Assembly (NCBI GenBank): GCA_951406725.2
Contig: OX597823.1
Coordinates: forward strand, 868,001-932,000
DNA length: 64,000 bases
DNA from: Octopus vulgaris
Lineage: Eukaryota
Reading direction: 5' to 3'
The position numbers were made by a program, and so were the translations under genes. Below the pieces are notes generated by a model. It was not told the DNA's origin and did not search any database. It was given only the letters and a program-made list of their open reading frames with translations. This document shows positions 51,472 through 62,685 of the stretch, one piece after another; the stretch's first letter is position 1; every line of letters starts with the position of its first letter.

Positions 51472-54400
51472 TGTTTCGTGGTCTGCTACCACAACAGCTC
51501 CTTTATAGGATCCAGTTAGCTCAAGACATCATCAGGAGGAACCACGTCCGGTTTCGGTCCCTACTCCTCTACCGTTTTGACATGGCGGGTCCCCCTTCCT
51601 TTCGGAGGTGTCTTCAGCTCTGGTGTTGGGAGCATGTCTTCTTTCTTCTTTCTTCTTTCTTCTATTCCCTGGCCTCTTCGATGTATCGTCAGCGAGTGTC
51701 AGCCGGTGACTGACTGTCTTGTCAAATTTTCCCTTTAAATACCTGCCGCTAGGCTCCAGCAGGCAGTCCTAGCAAGTTGTCACGTGACACTGTCTTACCT
51801 TAACTGACTAGTGAAGGCGCGTAGTTTTAGCCCGCGCTTATTCTAAACGACCGTCACCTGTCAGTCAGCTTGTCTCACCTAATGATGTTATTTCCCGTCG
51901 GCGTGTTTATGACTTTCAAGCCATTTTCGGTCTTCCCGCTTCAGCCATATATAGAAGCTAGCTTTTACGACCGCCTCCTGTACTCTCCTTATTAGTTTAC
52001 GCAACTCGGGGCTAGAAAAAAATCTTCTATTGAAAAGCGTTGTCATTTTTTTTTCAATGAAGCCCCTAGCCCCCACTGCCAGGTGATAATATTCGACATT
52101 CCATCCCTGTTCTCTGAATTCTTCGATTAGCTTTTCATACCTCTTCTCCTTTCGTTCCTCTGCATTGCCGATGTTCTCTTCCCAAGATACTGTCAGTTCT
52201 AGTAAAATTCCCATTCTCCGGTCTCTGTTCCAAAGAACTAAATCCGGTCTTTTTGTTGTTTTTATTAGTGGAAATATTACTTGTCTTTCCAAGTCCGTGG
52301 CCACCTCCCAGTTTCCCTTCCATCTTTTGTCTATCTCGTATACTTTACTTGTAGGCCTGGTTTTATAACCTTTTCCCTCCTTGTAGAAGTATACTCTCCT
52401 GCGCTTTTCTACTTTTGGGTATTCTCCCCTATTGTACCTCTCGATCTTATCCTTGAATGCTGCGCTTATGACGCCGAGGACTTGATTATGCCGCTTCTTG
52501 CGTCGCTCCGACTATATCTGCTTGCCTTCGTTTTCCGATCGTCCTGTTTTCTGCCTCTTCCGCCTTCCCTTTCCTCCCTGTTCGTACCTTTGGAGCGTTT
52601 TCCCGGATGCTCTGATCTTTTGAATACCTTAGCATCATTACTGTCCTTGCCTTTCATGCCTTATATTGATGTTATTGGTAGTTGCAGCACGGGTTTTCCA
52701 TATAGTGCAGTTGTATTCAGTGGTTTTGGCAGACCAAGCCATTTTCTGATAAACACACTACATCTTTGTTCTATCGTTTCTACTCTACTCAAGGCTATTT
52801 CGTACATTTGCAATGGCCACATTATTCATGGGTACAGCCCAAATTGCAGTAGCCAACATTTGAATTTTCCCGGCAGCGTTGTTCTGTCAATTGCCTTTAA
52901 TCATTGTTCTACTAAATCGTGCGTTTCTTTCCCTTGCTTCTTATCATTTAATAAATCTCTATACCATCTGCCGAGACTCTTTACTGGTTGTTCTTTCACC
53001 GTTGGTATGTCTTCACTTCCAATCCTAAATTTCACTTCTTCTTGCCTTTCTTTCACGAAAGCCACGCTTCGAGATTTTTTGGCTTTGAATTTCATCCTTG
53101 CCCATCCTATCAGTTCGTCCAACCGCTCTAACGTTCCCTCTGCTGCTTCTCTACTTTCCGATAATATAGTTACATCGTCCATAAAAGCCCTTAATGGTGT
53201 CTTTGTAACAGCTTTCTCACAGTTTGTAGATCTGAGTAGCTGTTTTTATTATTGCGTGCGGAACAGATCCATAAGCATTGGCAAGATCTAGCCAAACAAT
53301 ATACAGGTTTTTCTTCATTTGTTTTGCACAGGTGATGGCTTCCCAGATGGAAAATGCGTGTTCTATGCACCCAGGGATTCCGGGGATTCCTGCTTTTTGA
53401 ATCGCTTCATTAACGTATCCGTTATGCTGTACGAATCTTATAATTCGTCTAGCAATTATTCCGAACATGATTTTCCCGTCTGTATTTAGTAGTGAAATCG
53501 GTCTAAATTGGCCTAGTGATTTTGCCTCTTTTTCTTTAGGTAGATAGATACCTTCGGCTATACACCATCGCTCCGCTACATCTTTCTTCTTCCACATTTC
53601 TCTTATCAGTGCAAACAGCTGCAAACGTTATTTTGGGCAATATTTGTATACCTTGTAGCTCACTCCATCGTTCCCTGGTGCACTTTTTGCTCTTGCTTTT
53701 CTTATGAACTCATCCATTTCTTTCCGTTTGATGTCGCTCAAATCAAACGGTACTCTTGGTTCAGGTGGTTTCTTCAGTCCGTGCATTTCTGGGAGTACTT
53801 CATTTCTGTCAGAGTCGCTGTATTTCACTTTCAGATGTTGCTCGAGCTCTTCTTTCGTGCAATTCATTTTTCTGCTTTTACTTTCAGTAAATAAATGTTT
53901 CGCATATTGATAGGGATTGTTCACAAAGCTACGATAGTTCTTTTCTCTCTCCTTTCTTCTGCTTCCCCATTCTTTGTTTTCTTAGAAGATCTCAATGCCT
54001 CTTTTTTATCTCTTCATATAGCTGCTTTAGCCCTTCTCTTTCCTCCTCCTTTGCATCCCTCTATCTTTCTTCTCTTCTCAAATCTTTTCTATCCATCTTT
54101 CTCTCCTCGATGGTCAGCTCTTTGCTGTTGATTCTACCTTCTCCGTTGTTTCCAGTCCAAATCTTTTCTCTCCTTCCTGGTAGATTGTATTAACCAGGTT
54201 TTCCAGCTTTTGTTCGTCGTCGTCTTTGAATTTGGTGGTCATTCTTGCTACCTCGTCGTCAAATTTTTTATAACTCGCTGCGTCATTTGCTTTCGGGCAC
54301 TTAACCTTTGTCCTCTTCGCGCCTATCAGTCTTTTTGACTGTTCCAATTCAACTATGGAATGAACCTCGCTATGGTTATTTTCCGGGAGGTTCTGGCCAC

Positions 54401-54769
54401 ACGTCTTATGGTTTATCAACCCACGTTGTTGAATTGTTTTCTTCTGGCACACCTTCCCTTGGTGGATTCTCACCCCGATGTAACTAGCAAACACCTTTCC
54501 GCAGCAGCTGAACTCCTCATCTACCATTGCTATACCATTTCCTTTCTCATTGTCCATTTCCGGTCCAAGTCCATTTTGTTTTTTTCCGTCCCTATTTGAT
54601 CCTTTATTCTCTCCCCGTGGTCCGGGATCATGGGGACATGATTTCCCATGTTTTTTTGTTGAAAGCCCATTGATCCTTCATTACGCTGTCGTATGGTCAA
54701 GCGTCTCTCCGCTTTGTCATCCCTCTTTCTGGATTGTCAGCAAGTCTTTCCCTGCAGTCAGTATCTGAG
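51472..54769 (-). mobile_element. HERO-like RLE non-LTR retrotransposon, both ends retained, internally deleted and disrupted
   Basis: 12-bp direct repeat GAATTACAACCG at 51460-51471 and 54770-54781. N-terminal zinc-finger-like CCGKVF...GVRIHQGKVC. RT motifs KSAPGNDGV.Y, QFRPISLLN, WLDLANAYGSVPH, FMDD. RHNQVL. RLE RPDLVLW..LELTVSWEE..ERK..RY. Confidence 0.9.
51523..51586 (-). ncRNA. Candidate permuted (pseudoknotted) hammerhead ribozyme in the 3' UTR of the HERO-like element
   Basis: RNA GCCAUGUC-AAAA-CGGUA^GAGGA-GUA-GGGACC-GAAACCG-GACGUGGU-UCCUC-CUGAUGA-UGUCUU. All three stems pair in register with an intact core. Confidence 0.6.
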
Positions 54770-54792
54770 GAATTACAACCGAAGAATTATAT

Positions 54793-55088
54793 GGAGGCGC
54801 AATGGCCCAGTGGTTAGGGCAGCGGACTCGCGGTCGTAGGATTGCGGTTTCGATTCCCAGACCGGGTGTTGTGTGTGTTTATTGAGCGAAAACACCTAGA
54901 AAGCTCCACGAGGCTCCGGCAGGGGGTGGTGGCGACCCCTGTTGTACTCTTTCACCACTCTTTCTGCTGTTGGCCTGCTCGCTTAGCCAGCGGGGTGGCG
55001 TCATTCGAAGGCTAAAACAATGCGAACGCATTGTGACCAGCGATGTGTAGCAACATCTGATGGTCTGGTCGGTCACGTGATCACGTGA
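54793..55088 (+). mobile_element. tRNA-derived SINE (distinct family)
   Basis: TGGCCCAGTGGTTAGGGC A box, GTTTCGATTCCC B box, tail TCACGTGATCACGTGA followed by (TA)n. Confidence 0.85.
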
Positions 55089-55140
55089 TATATATATATA
55101 TATATATACATATATGTATATATAGATATACATACATGTA

Positions 55141-55217
<77 letters not shown>

Positions 55218-55365
55218 CCGTTTTATGTTCAAATATTGCTGGAGCTAGCTTTTCTTGAAATTTCCTAGTATGATCTGTTGTGGAGGTTATTCAGACTAGT
55301 GTACCGCGTACCTCTTGTAAAATTGTCAGTTTGAACAGTAAAAGGAAATCAGAAATATCTATCGA

Positions 55366-55397
<32 letters not shown>

Positions 55398-56293
55398 CCG
55401 TCTGCCTGCCGTCTGTCTGTCGTCTGTCTGTCTGTCTACCATCCAATTGTTAGGCTAATCCTGTAGATTATGCTTAGCAGGTATCTCCTTAACGGAAAGG
55501 ATATATTTATTATCAGACCTATTCCAGAGCTTTGATTAGCCATAAACATTATTCCCTTCCGAGATCCTTAACCACTGCCATTAGTTAAATTCAGTTGTTG
55601 AGCTGAAGGAGAGTTTGGGCTGTCTTGCGGAGCTGAGTTCTAGCAATATTAAGTGGGGAAAAAGTTGATCGAATGAGAGATTCCTAACCATTTTGATTCC
55701 TAACCATTAATATATATTAATGGGGAAACCATTTAAGACTGCTAAGCTTAACTTTCTGAACTTCAAAAGATAATGCGGCGAGCTGGCAGAATCGTTAGCA
55801 CGCCGGGTGAAATGCTTAGTGGTATTTCGTCTGCCGTTATGTTCTGAGTTCAAAATCCTTTCGAGGTCGATTAAATAAGTACCAGTTACGCACTGGGGTC
55901 GATGTAATCGACTTAATCTCTTTGTCTGTCTTTGTTTGTTGCCTCTATGTTTAGCCTCCTGTGGGCAATAAAGAAATAAATATTTAAAACACAAAATTTA
56001 TCAAGACAATCGCAACTTATTTTCCAATAGAAATACATCTAAGGCTGATGTGGAAAATCACTTACCGATTCCATTTGGATAAGAAGTAATCTGGAACTTT
56101 CCACCGTTCTCTGGACGAAGTCCCATTGCTTGTTCAATTCTCTTCTCGAGCGCTTTCGAAAAACGACTCTCCCCAGGGTAAAATGCCGTATTATAATTCC
56201 AACGCGACTTCATCCACGACTTCAGTTTCGTTGAAAACGTCTTGTTTACACACATCGTTCCTGAAAAATAGATTCTTACTGAATTATTAAAAG

Positions 56294-56521
56294 CAGCGGT
56301 TCTTTAAAATGGGGTCCACATGATCCTTGGCCGTCCATACAAAATTTTATCGTTAAAATTGACGTGCAATAAATTGGTTATATTATTTTTACAATTTATT
56401 TTATTAAATTCCTAATAAGATTTAATTCTAAAAAAATTTAAACATCGAATGACTACGAGAGCTCACCCGAATAAAGTAGAAATCAAAAGGGTCCACTGGA
56501 AAAATTAGGGTTGGAAACCAT
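56294..56521. mobile_element. Degenerate MITE-like element (hAT-like ends)
   Basis: CAGCGGTTCTT... and ...GTTGGAAACCATT termini with internal GGGTCCA motifs. TSD not resolved. Confidence 0.4.
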
Positions 56522-57183
56522 TAATTTAGACTATAATATGAATATGGAACACACACACATCTCAAAAAACAAACATTTACATGTAAACACATTCATAAAC
56601 GGACATACAAACGCATGTGTGGAACAGAAAACATAAACATCTTTTCTCTATGGTTAGAAAACATACTTTTTACCTCAGAGTCACGTGGAAGATTCTGGAA
56701 GATGCTACTCCAAAATTTAGCAGACACTAAAGAATCAACAAGAGTATAAAAGGGTGTCCTTTCAGGTTCCCAAACTTCTTCAAACTCCCGCATTAGTTTC
56801 GTTTATAAAGGACCACAATTGTAAAACTACTTCCGACATTATTTATGCAAATTAACCAATGTTTCCTCCTAGACTTTTAAAAGATCCATAAATGCATTTC
56901 ATTATTGCTTACCGACCCAGCCGTAAGCAAAAGGCTGCAACCAGAGAAGAGCAGTCCCCGCTTCATTGATTTATCAGTCATAGATGCTGAATATACAGGA
57001 AAGCCCTCACAAAGTTTGTTCCTCCCAAGACATACAAGGCAAAAGCTCTTAAAAATATAGAAATCAGTTCTGAAGGTGACGCTTTGGTCCGCTCTTAGCC
57101 ATAATGTCTAAACCAAAGGGAATGACCGCTAATAATGTGTACATACATACATACATACATACATACATACATACATACATACA

Positions 57184-57216
<33 letters not shown>

Positions 57217-57618
57217 TCATATACATACATGCATATATACATGTATTCATATGTACATACAATCATGCATGCATACATACATGCATACATATATTCATAT
57301 ACATACATGCATATATACATACATATATTCATATACATATACATATACATACATGCACACATACATACATATATTCATATACGTACATGCATGCATACAT
57401 GTATATGTATATACTCATATGTATGTATATATTCATATACATACATGCATATATATATACATATATTCATATACATATACATACATGCATGCATGCATAC
57501 ATACATACATACATACATACATACATACATGTACACACACATTCATACATGCATGCATACATACATACATACATATATTCACATGTATATATATTTATAC
57601 CTGCATGATACATACATA

Positions 57619-58163
57619 CATGATGTTGTAGCTAGGACACTCTATAATGAAATCTGTCGGAAGGATAACCCCGAGGACAAAGAAATAAGAACCCACAATA
57701 TGGTAGAAGCCATAGCCACTCATAATGAAAAGTAATACTGGTGGAATGTCCCAGTGAAGGCCCCAATAAAATGCAAGCACAACAGACCTGATATGATGAT
57801 TTGGGATAGAGAAGAGAAACTGTGCACAGCTGTGGAAATTCGCTGCCCAATGGATGTTAACATGGAGCTAAAGATCGGTGAAAAAGAGAACACCTATGCT
57901 GGACTATTGAGAAATCTGCAATTACTCTATCCAGATTACAAGTTCAGGTTTATACCTGTAATTATTGGGGCCCTGGGATATGTAACACACTGCCTAAATA
58001 CAAATCTTGAGAAATTAGCCTTCTCAAAACTAGAAAGGAGAAAGCTAATTCGAAGACTACAGATCGAATCCATCACTGGAACTGTAAAATCTGTGAAACT
58101 TCCCAGAAGTTTATCATTTAAATATATATGAACATGTCTAGATATGTAACTATATGCATGAGA
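57619..58163 (+). mobile_element. 3' fragment of an R4-like RLE non-LTR retrotransposon embedded in (TACA)n
   Basis: HDVVAR...WWNVPV..KHNRPDMMIWD...VEIRCP.D...EKENTY..L...IPVIIGALG. (TACA)n lies directly on both sides. Confidence 0.85.
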
Positions 58164-58276
58164 ATACATACATACATACATACATACATACATACATACA
58201 TACACACATACATACATACATACATACATACATACATACATACACACGCACGCATGCATGCATGCATACATACATA

Positions 58277-59553
58277 TTAGGTCGTCAAGTATGAAATTTG
58301 TAGAAAAGGAAAAAAAGTCTGCTAATATTTTATAAATACAAATAATAGTTTTATTCATCTAAATATACATCCATATTGTCAATACATTTTTGCCATTTCA
58401 GTGGTAGCTTGTCCAGCCTGGAACTGTAAAAGCCTGGCAATCTAGAGTCAATAAAATCTTGGAAGGACTGTTTTACAGCATCGTCGGACTTTTTTCCTAT
58501 CAAAAAGTTATCCAAATTTTGGAAGATGTGGTAGTCAGTGGGGGCAAGATCAGGTGAGTATGGTGGATGATGGAGAACTGCCAACTCCAACTCCTGTAGT
58601 TTCACCAATGTCATTTTTGCGATGTGTCATCTGGCATTGTCTTGCAATAGAATAGGAGTGGATCTGTTGACTAATCTAAGTTGTTTTTTTTGTAAGTTTC
58701 TGCCTCATTTGGTCCAGTTGGCTGCAGTATACCTCAGCCGTGATTGATGAGCCAGGTTTAATGAAATCATAATGGATCACACCTGTGCCGGACCACCAAA
58801 CACACACCATCAGCTTCTTTTGATGAATTTTACCTTTTGGACTGTGTTTTGGTGGCTCCTCTTTGTCCAACCATTCTGCTGAACGTTTATGGTTGTTGTA
58901 TTGGATCCATTTCTCATCACATGTTATAATTCGATTAAAAAATGATTCATTTTTGTGACGAGAAAGTAGCATAATGCCAGCTTCCAAACGTTGCTGTTTC
59001 TGATTTTCATTAGGTTCATGTGGAACCCACTTATCTAAATTTTTCACTTTACTAATTTGAATCAGGTGAGTCAATATTGTTTGCTTGCTCACACCAAACA
59101 ACGATAATTCACGGACACTTTGAGATGGATCTGACTCGACGGTGGCTTTCAGTTCGTCATTATCCACCTTTGTTTCTGGTCGACTGCGTTGCCCATTTGT
59201 GTGGTCAAAGTTACCAGAATGAAATTTTGCAAACCAATTTGATACTGTCTACTGTGTAATAACATTAGAACGAAATACTCCATTAATATTCTGAGCTGTT
59301 TGTGATGCTGTATTTCCCAGAAAGAACTCATATTTCAAAACCGTACGAATTTCCAACTTATCCATCTCTAAACAAAAATAGCAGAAAACGATTTATAAAT
59401 ACTTTATAAAGTGAAAAATGCGTTAGAATAAATAAATAGGTGTCAGCTTTCTAACAAAAAATAAAGATTGTCAAAATATAATAATGGCGCAAAATGAGCA
59501 GCTGTCAAAGTTTACCATAAACCTTACTACAAATTTCATTCTTGACGACCTAA
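58277..59553 (-). mobile_element. Mariner-family DNA transposon, sister copy of 6073-7350
   Basis: TIRs TTAGGTCGTCAAG.ATGAAATTTGTAG. Motifs WVPHE, TCDEKW, QDNA and YSPDLAPTDY. Stop and frameshifts. Confidence 0.95.
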
Positions 59554-60376
59554 CACATAGGTTGCATATTTAAGGACGGGAACACTCTGACAACATAGCG
59601 TAGATGTCACCCTTTTGCTCCTTACAAATTGACTGGGTGTAGCTTTATTTGTTACGCTTCTTTGAGGCTGACTGCAAATTGGCATATATGTAAATAAATA
59701 AATAAATATACTTTCATTAGTGTACACAGTTTCATATACAGACGTCGAGAGAATAGGAAATCATTTTGAAAATTAGCAAGTGTTTTTCAAAATTAGATCA
59801 ATATGTGAAGCTGTGCTGAAGCGACAGAAATTTGGCAAAAACCTCTTGAAAAATCATTATTGATAGACCCAAAATAAGCAGAGAGGAAGTTGTGTAAATT
59901 GTCAACGAGCCAAGATAAAAATGTCATCGGAAGAATATTGACTGAGTCGAACGGAAATTGCAGAATTGTATGAAAGAAATAATGAGTGGGAGTCTAAAAG
60001 ATACGTATTGAGTAGGAATGGTTGTTGTTGGTGTTTGGGAGAGAGTGAGTGTTGTCTCGACTAAATTTGTTTTTTGAAGATTCTATGTATGCACACACAC
60101 ACACACACGCCCGCACGCATTTCTGTTGTTCGTTTCTACCATACTCCTTGCCATGCTATCTGTCTGTTATATTCTGTATCGTTATTTTCAGTTAAACTCA
60201 GTGAAATAAAACATGTTTTACTTGCTCTAATAATTCTTTCTAATTCTGGCACAAGACCAACAATTTTGAGGAGAGGGGGAAGTCGATTCCATCGACCCCA
60301 GAACTCGACTGGCAATTATTTTATCGAACCTGAAAAGATGAAAGGCAAAAGCAACCTCCGCGGTATATAAACTTAA

Positions 60377-61216
60377 GGATCTTTTCCTTTTGAACGGCAG
60401 TTTGTAACATAATTTCTAGGTAACTAAAAAGTTTTAAACTTCGTATACTGGTAGAATGTGTTTATAAAACATCATTTTCTTTTGGTTTTATTGAGAAAAT
60501 TCTATAGCTTGTAAGATATTTCGTCTGAAAATTCCGGCAATTTTAACCAATCGATTACCTCCATTCAACTAAAATCATTTGCTGCCTCTAAAACTGAGAC
60601 AACATCCTGTCACTAACCCTAAACCTCCCCCCTAATCCTAACCCTAACCCTAAATTATTTTTCTTAATTGTTAAATTAATTTAATTGTTACGCGTGTAAA
60701 AAAGAACTAAAGCAATGGAAAATAAATTTAAACAATTAACAATCAAAATAATTCTATAATTTTATACACACGCTTTCCGTACGTATACGGAAAGCGTGTG
60801 TTACGGAAAGCGTGTGTTACGGAAAGCGTGTGTTACGGAAAGCGTGCGTATAAAATTATAGAATTATTTTGTTTGTTAATTGTTTAAATTTATTTTCCAT
60901 TGCTTTAGTTCTTTTTTACACGCGTAACAATTAAATTAATTTAACAATTAAGAAAAAAAAATTAGGGTTAGGGGGAGACTTAAGGTTAGTGACAGGATGT
61001 TGTCTCAGTTTTAGAAGCAGCAAATGATTTTAGCTCAAAAGAGAGCATAGGATTGGTTAAAATTCGAAAAATTAAACTACGTTAAACGAACAAATTACAA
61101 TTTTCTCAAGAAAGCCAAGAGAAAAAATGTTTTATTTTAACACATTCTACCAGTATACAAAATTTTAAAGTGTTTAGTTAACTAGAAATTGTCTGCCGTT
61201 CAAAAGGAAAAGATCC
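60377..61216. mobile_element. Foldback non-autonomous DNA transposon with 8-bp TSD (Merlin-like ends)
   Basis: TIR GGATCTTTTCCTTTTGAACGGCAG. TSD AAACTTAA at 60369-60376 and 61217-61224. The whole element is palindromic and is inserted in a SINE. Confidence 0.88.
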
Positions 61217-61740
61217 AAACTTAAAAAGCCGGATGAAATGCTGCTAAGCATTTTGTCCGACTCGCTAACGAATCTTCCAGCTCGGTACTTTACTTGCAGT
61301 AGTAAAATAAGACTTTGGGAATGAGAAGGTTTGAACCAACAAACCTGTATTTCGTTCTCACAGAGACACTCACTCACATGGTCACCCCTGAGCTCGTGCA
61401 AGGCACAATTCCACGGAAGGGATACAAAAATGTCCGTTATGTTTGGCTGTTTCCTTCATTGATCTCCGACTTTATTTCTTAAAATCTTTGAAGATGGCTT
61501 AAAGTGTTACTAAAACCTCGGCTAACTTCTTCTAAGATAAGAACTGGAATATATTTTCCCTTATTAAATATCAACCAGATACAAAATATAAAATATATTT
61601 GCTTTAACAAATTTGTTGGCAAACTTTCTTGTTATTTGTTAGAAAATTAATGAAATATTGGTTTCTAATTACACAGTCATCAAATTCTAAGTTATTTATA
61701 CGCACACAAACAAGATATAAATACACACGCACATATATAT

Positions 61741-61810
<70 letters not shown>

Positions 61811-62462
61811 CTCCTATTGGTCTCCTATTCTCTGCATTAATCTTCAATGTAAAACATGGATGTTCATTTGAGGTGGTCACTCAGGAAAGTCGGCAGATCG
61901 TCGGACAGATCGCCGCTGCCGCCGCAACCACCACCACCACCACCAATAACTATATAAGCATAAATATTAATGTCGAAAACTTTGTTAGTATTATTGTCGA
62001 TGATATTTTTGTTGTTGTTGTTGTTGAGGATGATGATGATGATGTTATTACAGTTATCGTCACAGCAGCAGCAGCAGCAACACAAGCAGCAGCCATTAAA
62101 TATCAATATTTTCCAATTAGACCTTCTCTTATTTCTCTTCCATCTTGATGCCGCCATTTCAAGTAGTATTTTTTTCTTGTCGGACGCCATTTTGTTTAAG
62201 AGGCGAAGTAATTTGGGAGCGTTAATATTGTTTGATGGGAATAAATATTTTACCACTTTCAAATTACGTAAATCATTAGAATTGAATGGATTAGAATGGA
62301 TTAGAAAACAACAAACGACAATTTTACTCATTAAAATATTGTTTTTTGCTTTTCGATTTGCAAATAAATTAAAATTTTTCTCTTTTTCCTTATTGTAAAT
62401 TTCTTGAGGTTTCAGTTCTTAACACTTTCATTAAACAATGATATCCACCCACTCCATGTGTC

Positions 62463-62564
<102 letters not shown>

Positions 62565-62624
62565 GTCTGTCCGTCCGTCCGTCCGTCTGTGTGACTCTCT
62601 GTCTGTCCGTCCACCCATCCATCC

Positions 62625-62685
<61 letters not shown>

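Noticed and set aside
51460-51540. Conventional type I hammerhead using CUGAUGA (51535-51529) and the terminal GAAACACGGUU
   Set aside because: No stem I can form, and the terminal GAAAC belongs to a GUGGU/ACCAC hairpin. The permuted fold satisfies all three stems instead.
52281-53291. 336-aa plus-strand ORF
   Set aside because: It is the antisense shadow of the purine-rich RT/RLE coding strand.
54560-54769. HDV-like ribozyme at the 5' end of the HERO-like element
   Set aside because: I could not find the nested double-pseudoknot pairing by eye. A descriptor search is needed.
54793-54875. Real tRNA gene (also at 406-480 and 34394-34470)
   Set aside because: A and B boxes run on into repeat bodies with no clean cloverleaf or terminator, so these are SINE heads.
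57104-57631. YIHT-repeat ORFs here and similar (CA)n/(TA)n/(TCTA)n ORFs throughout
   Set aside because: Simple repeats that lack stop codons.
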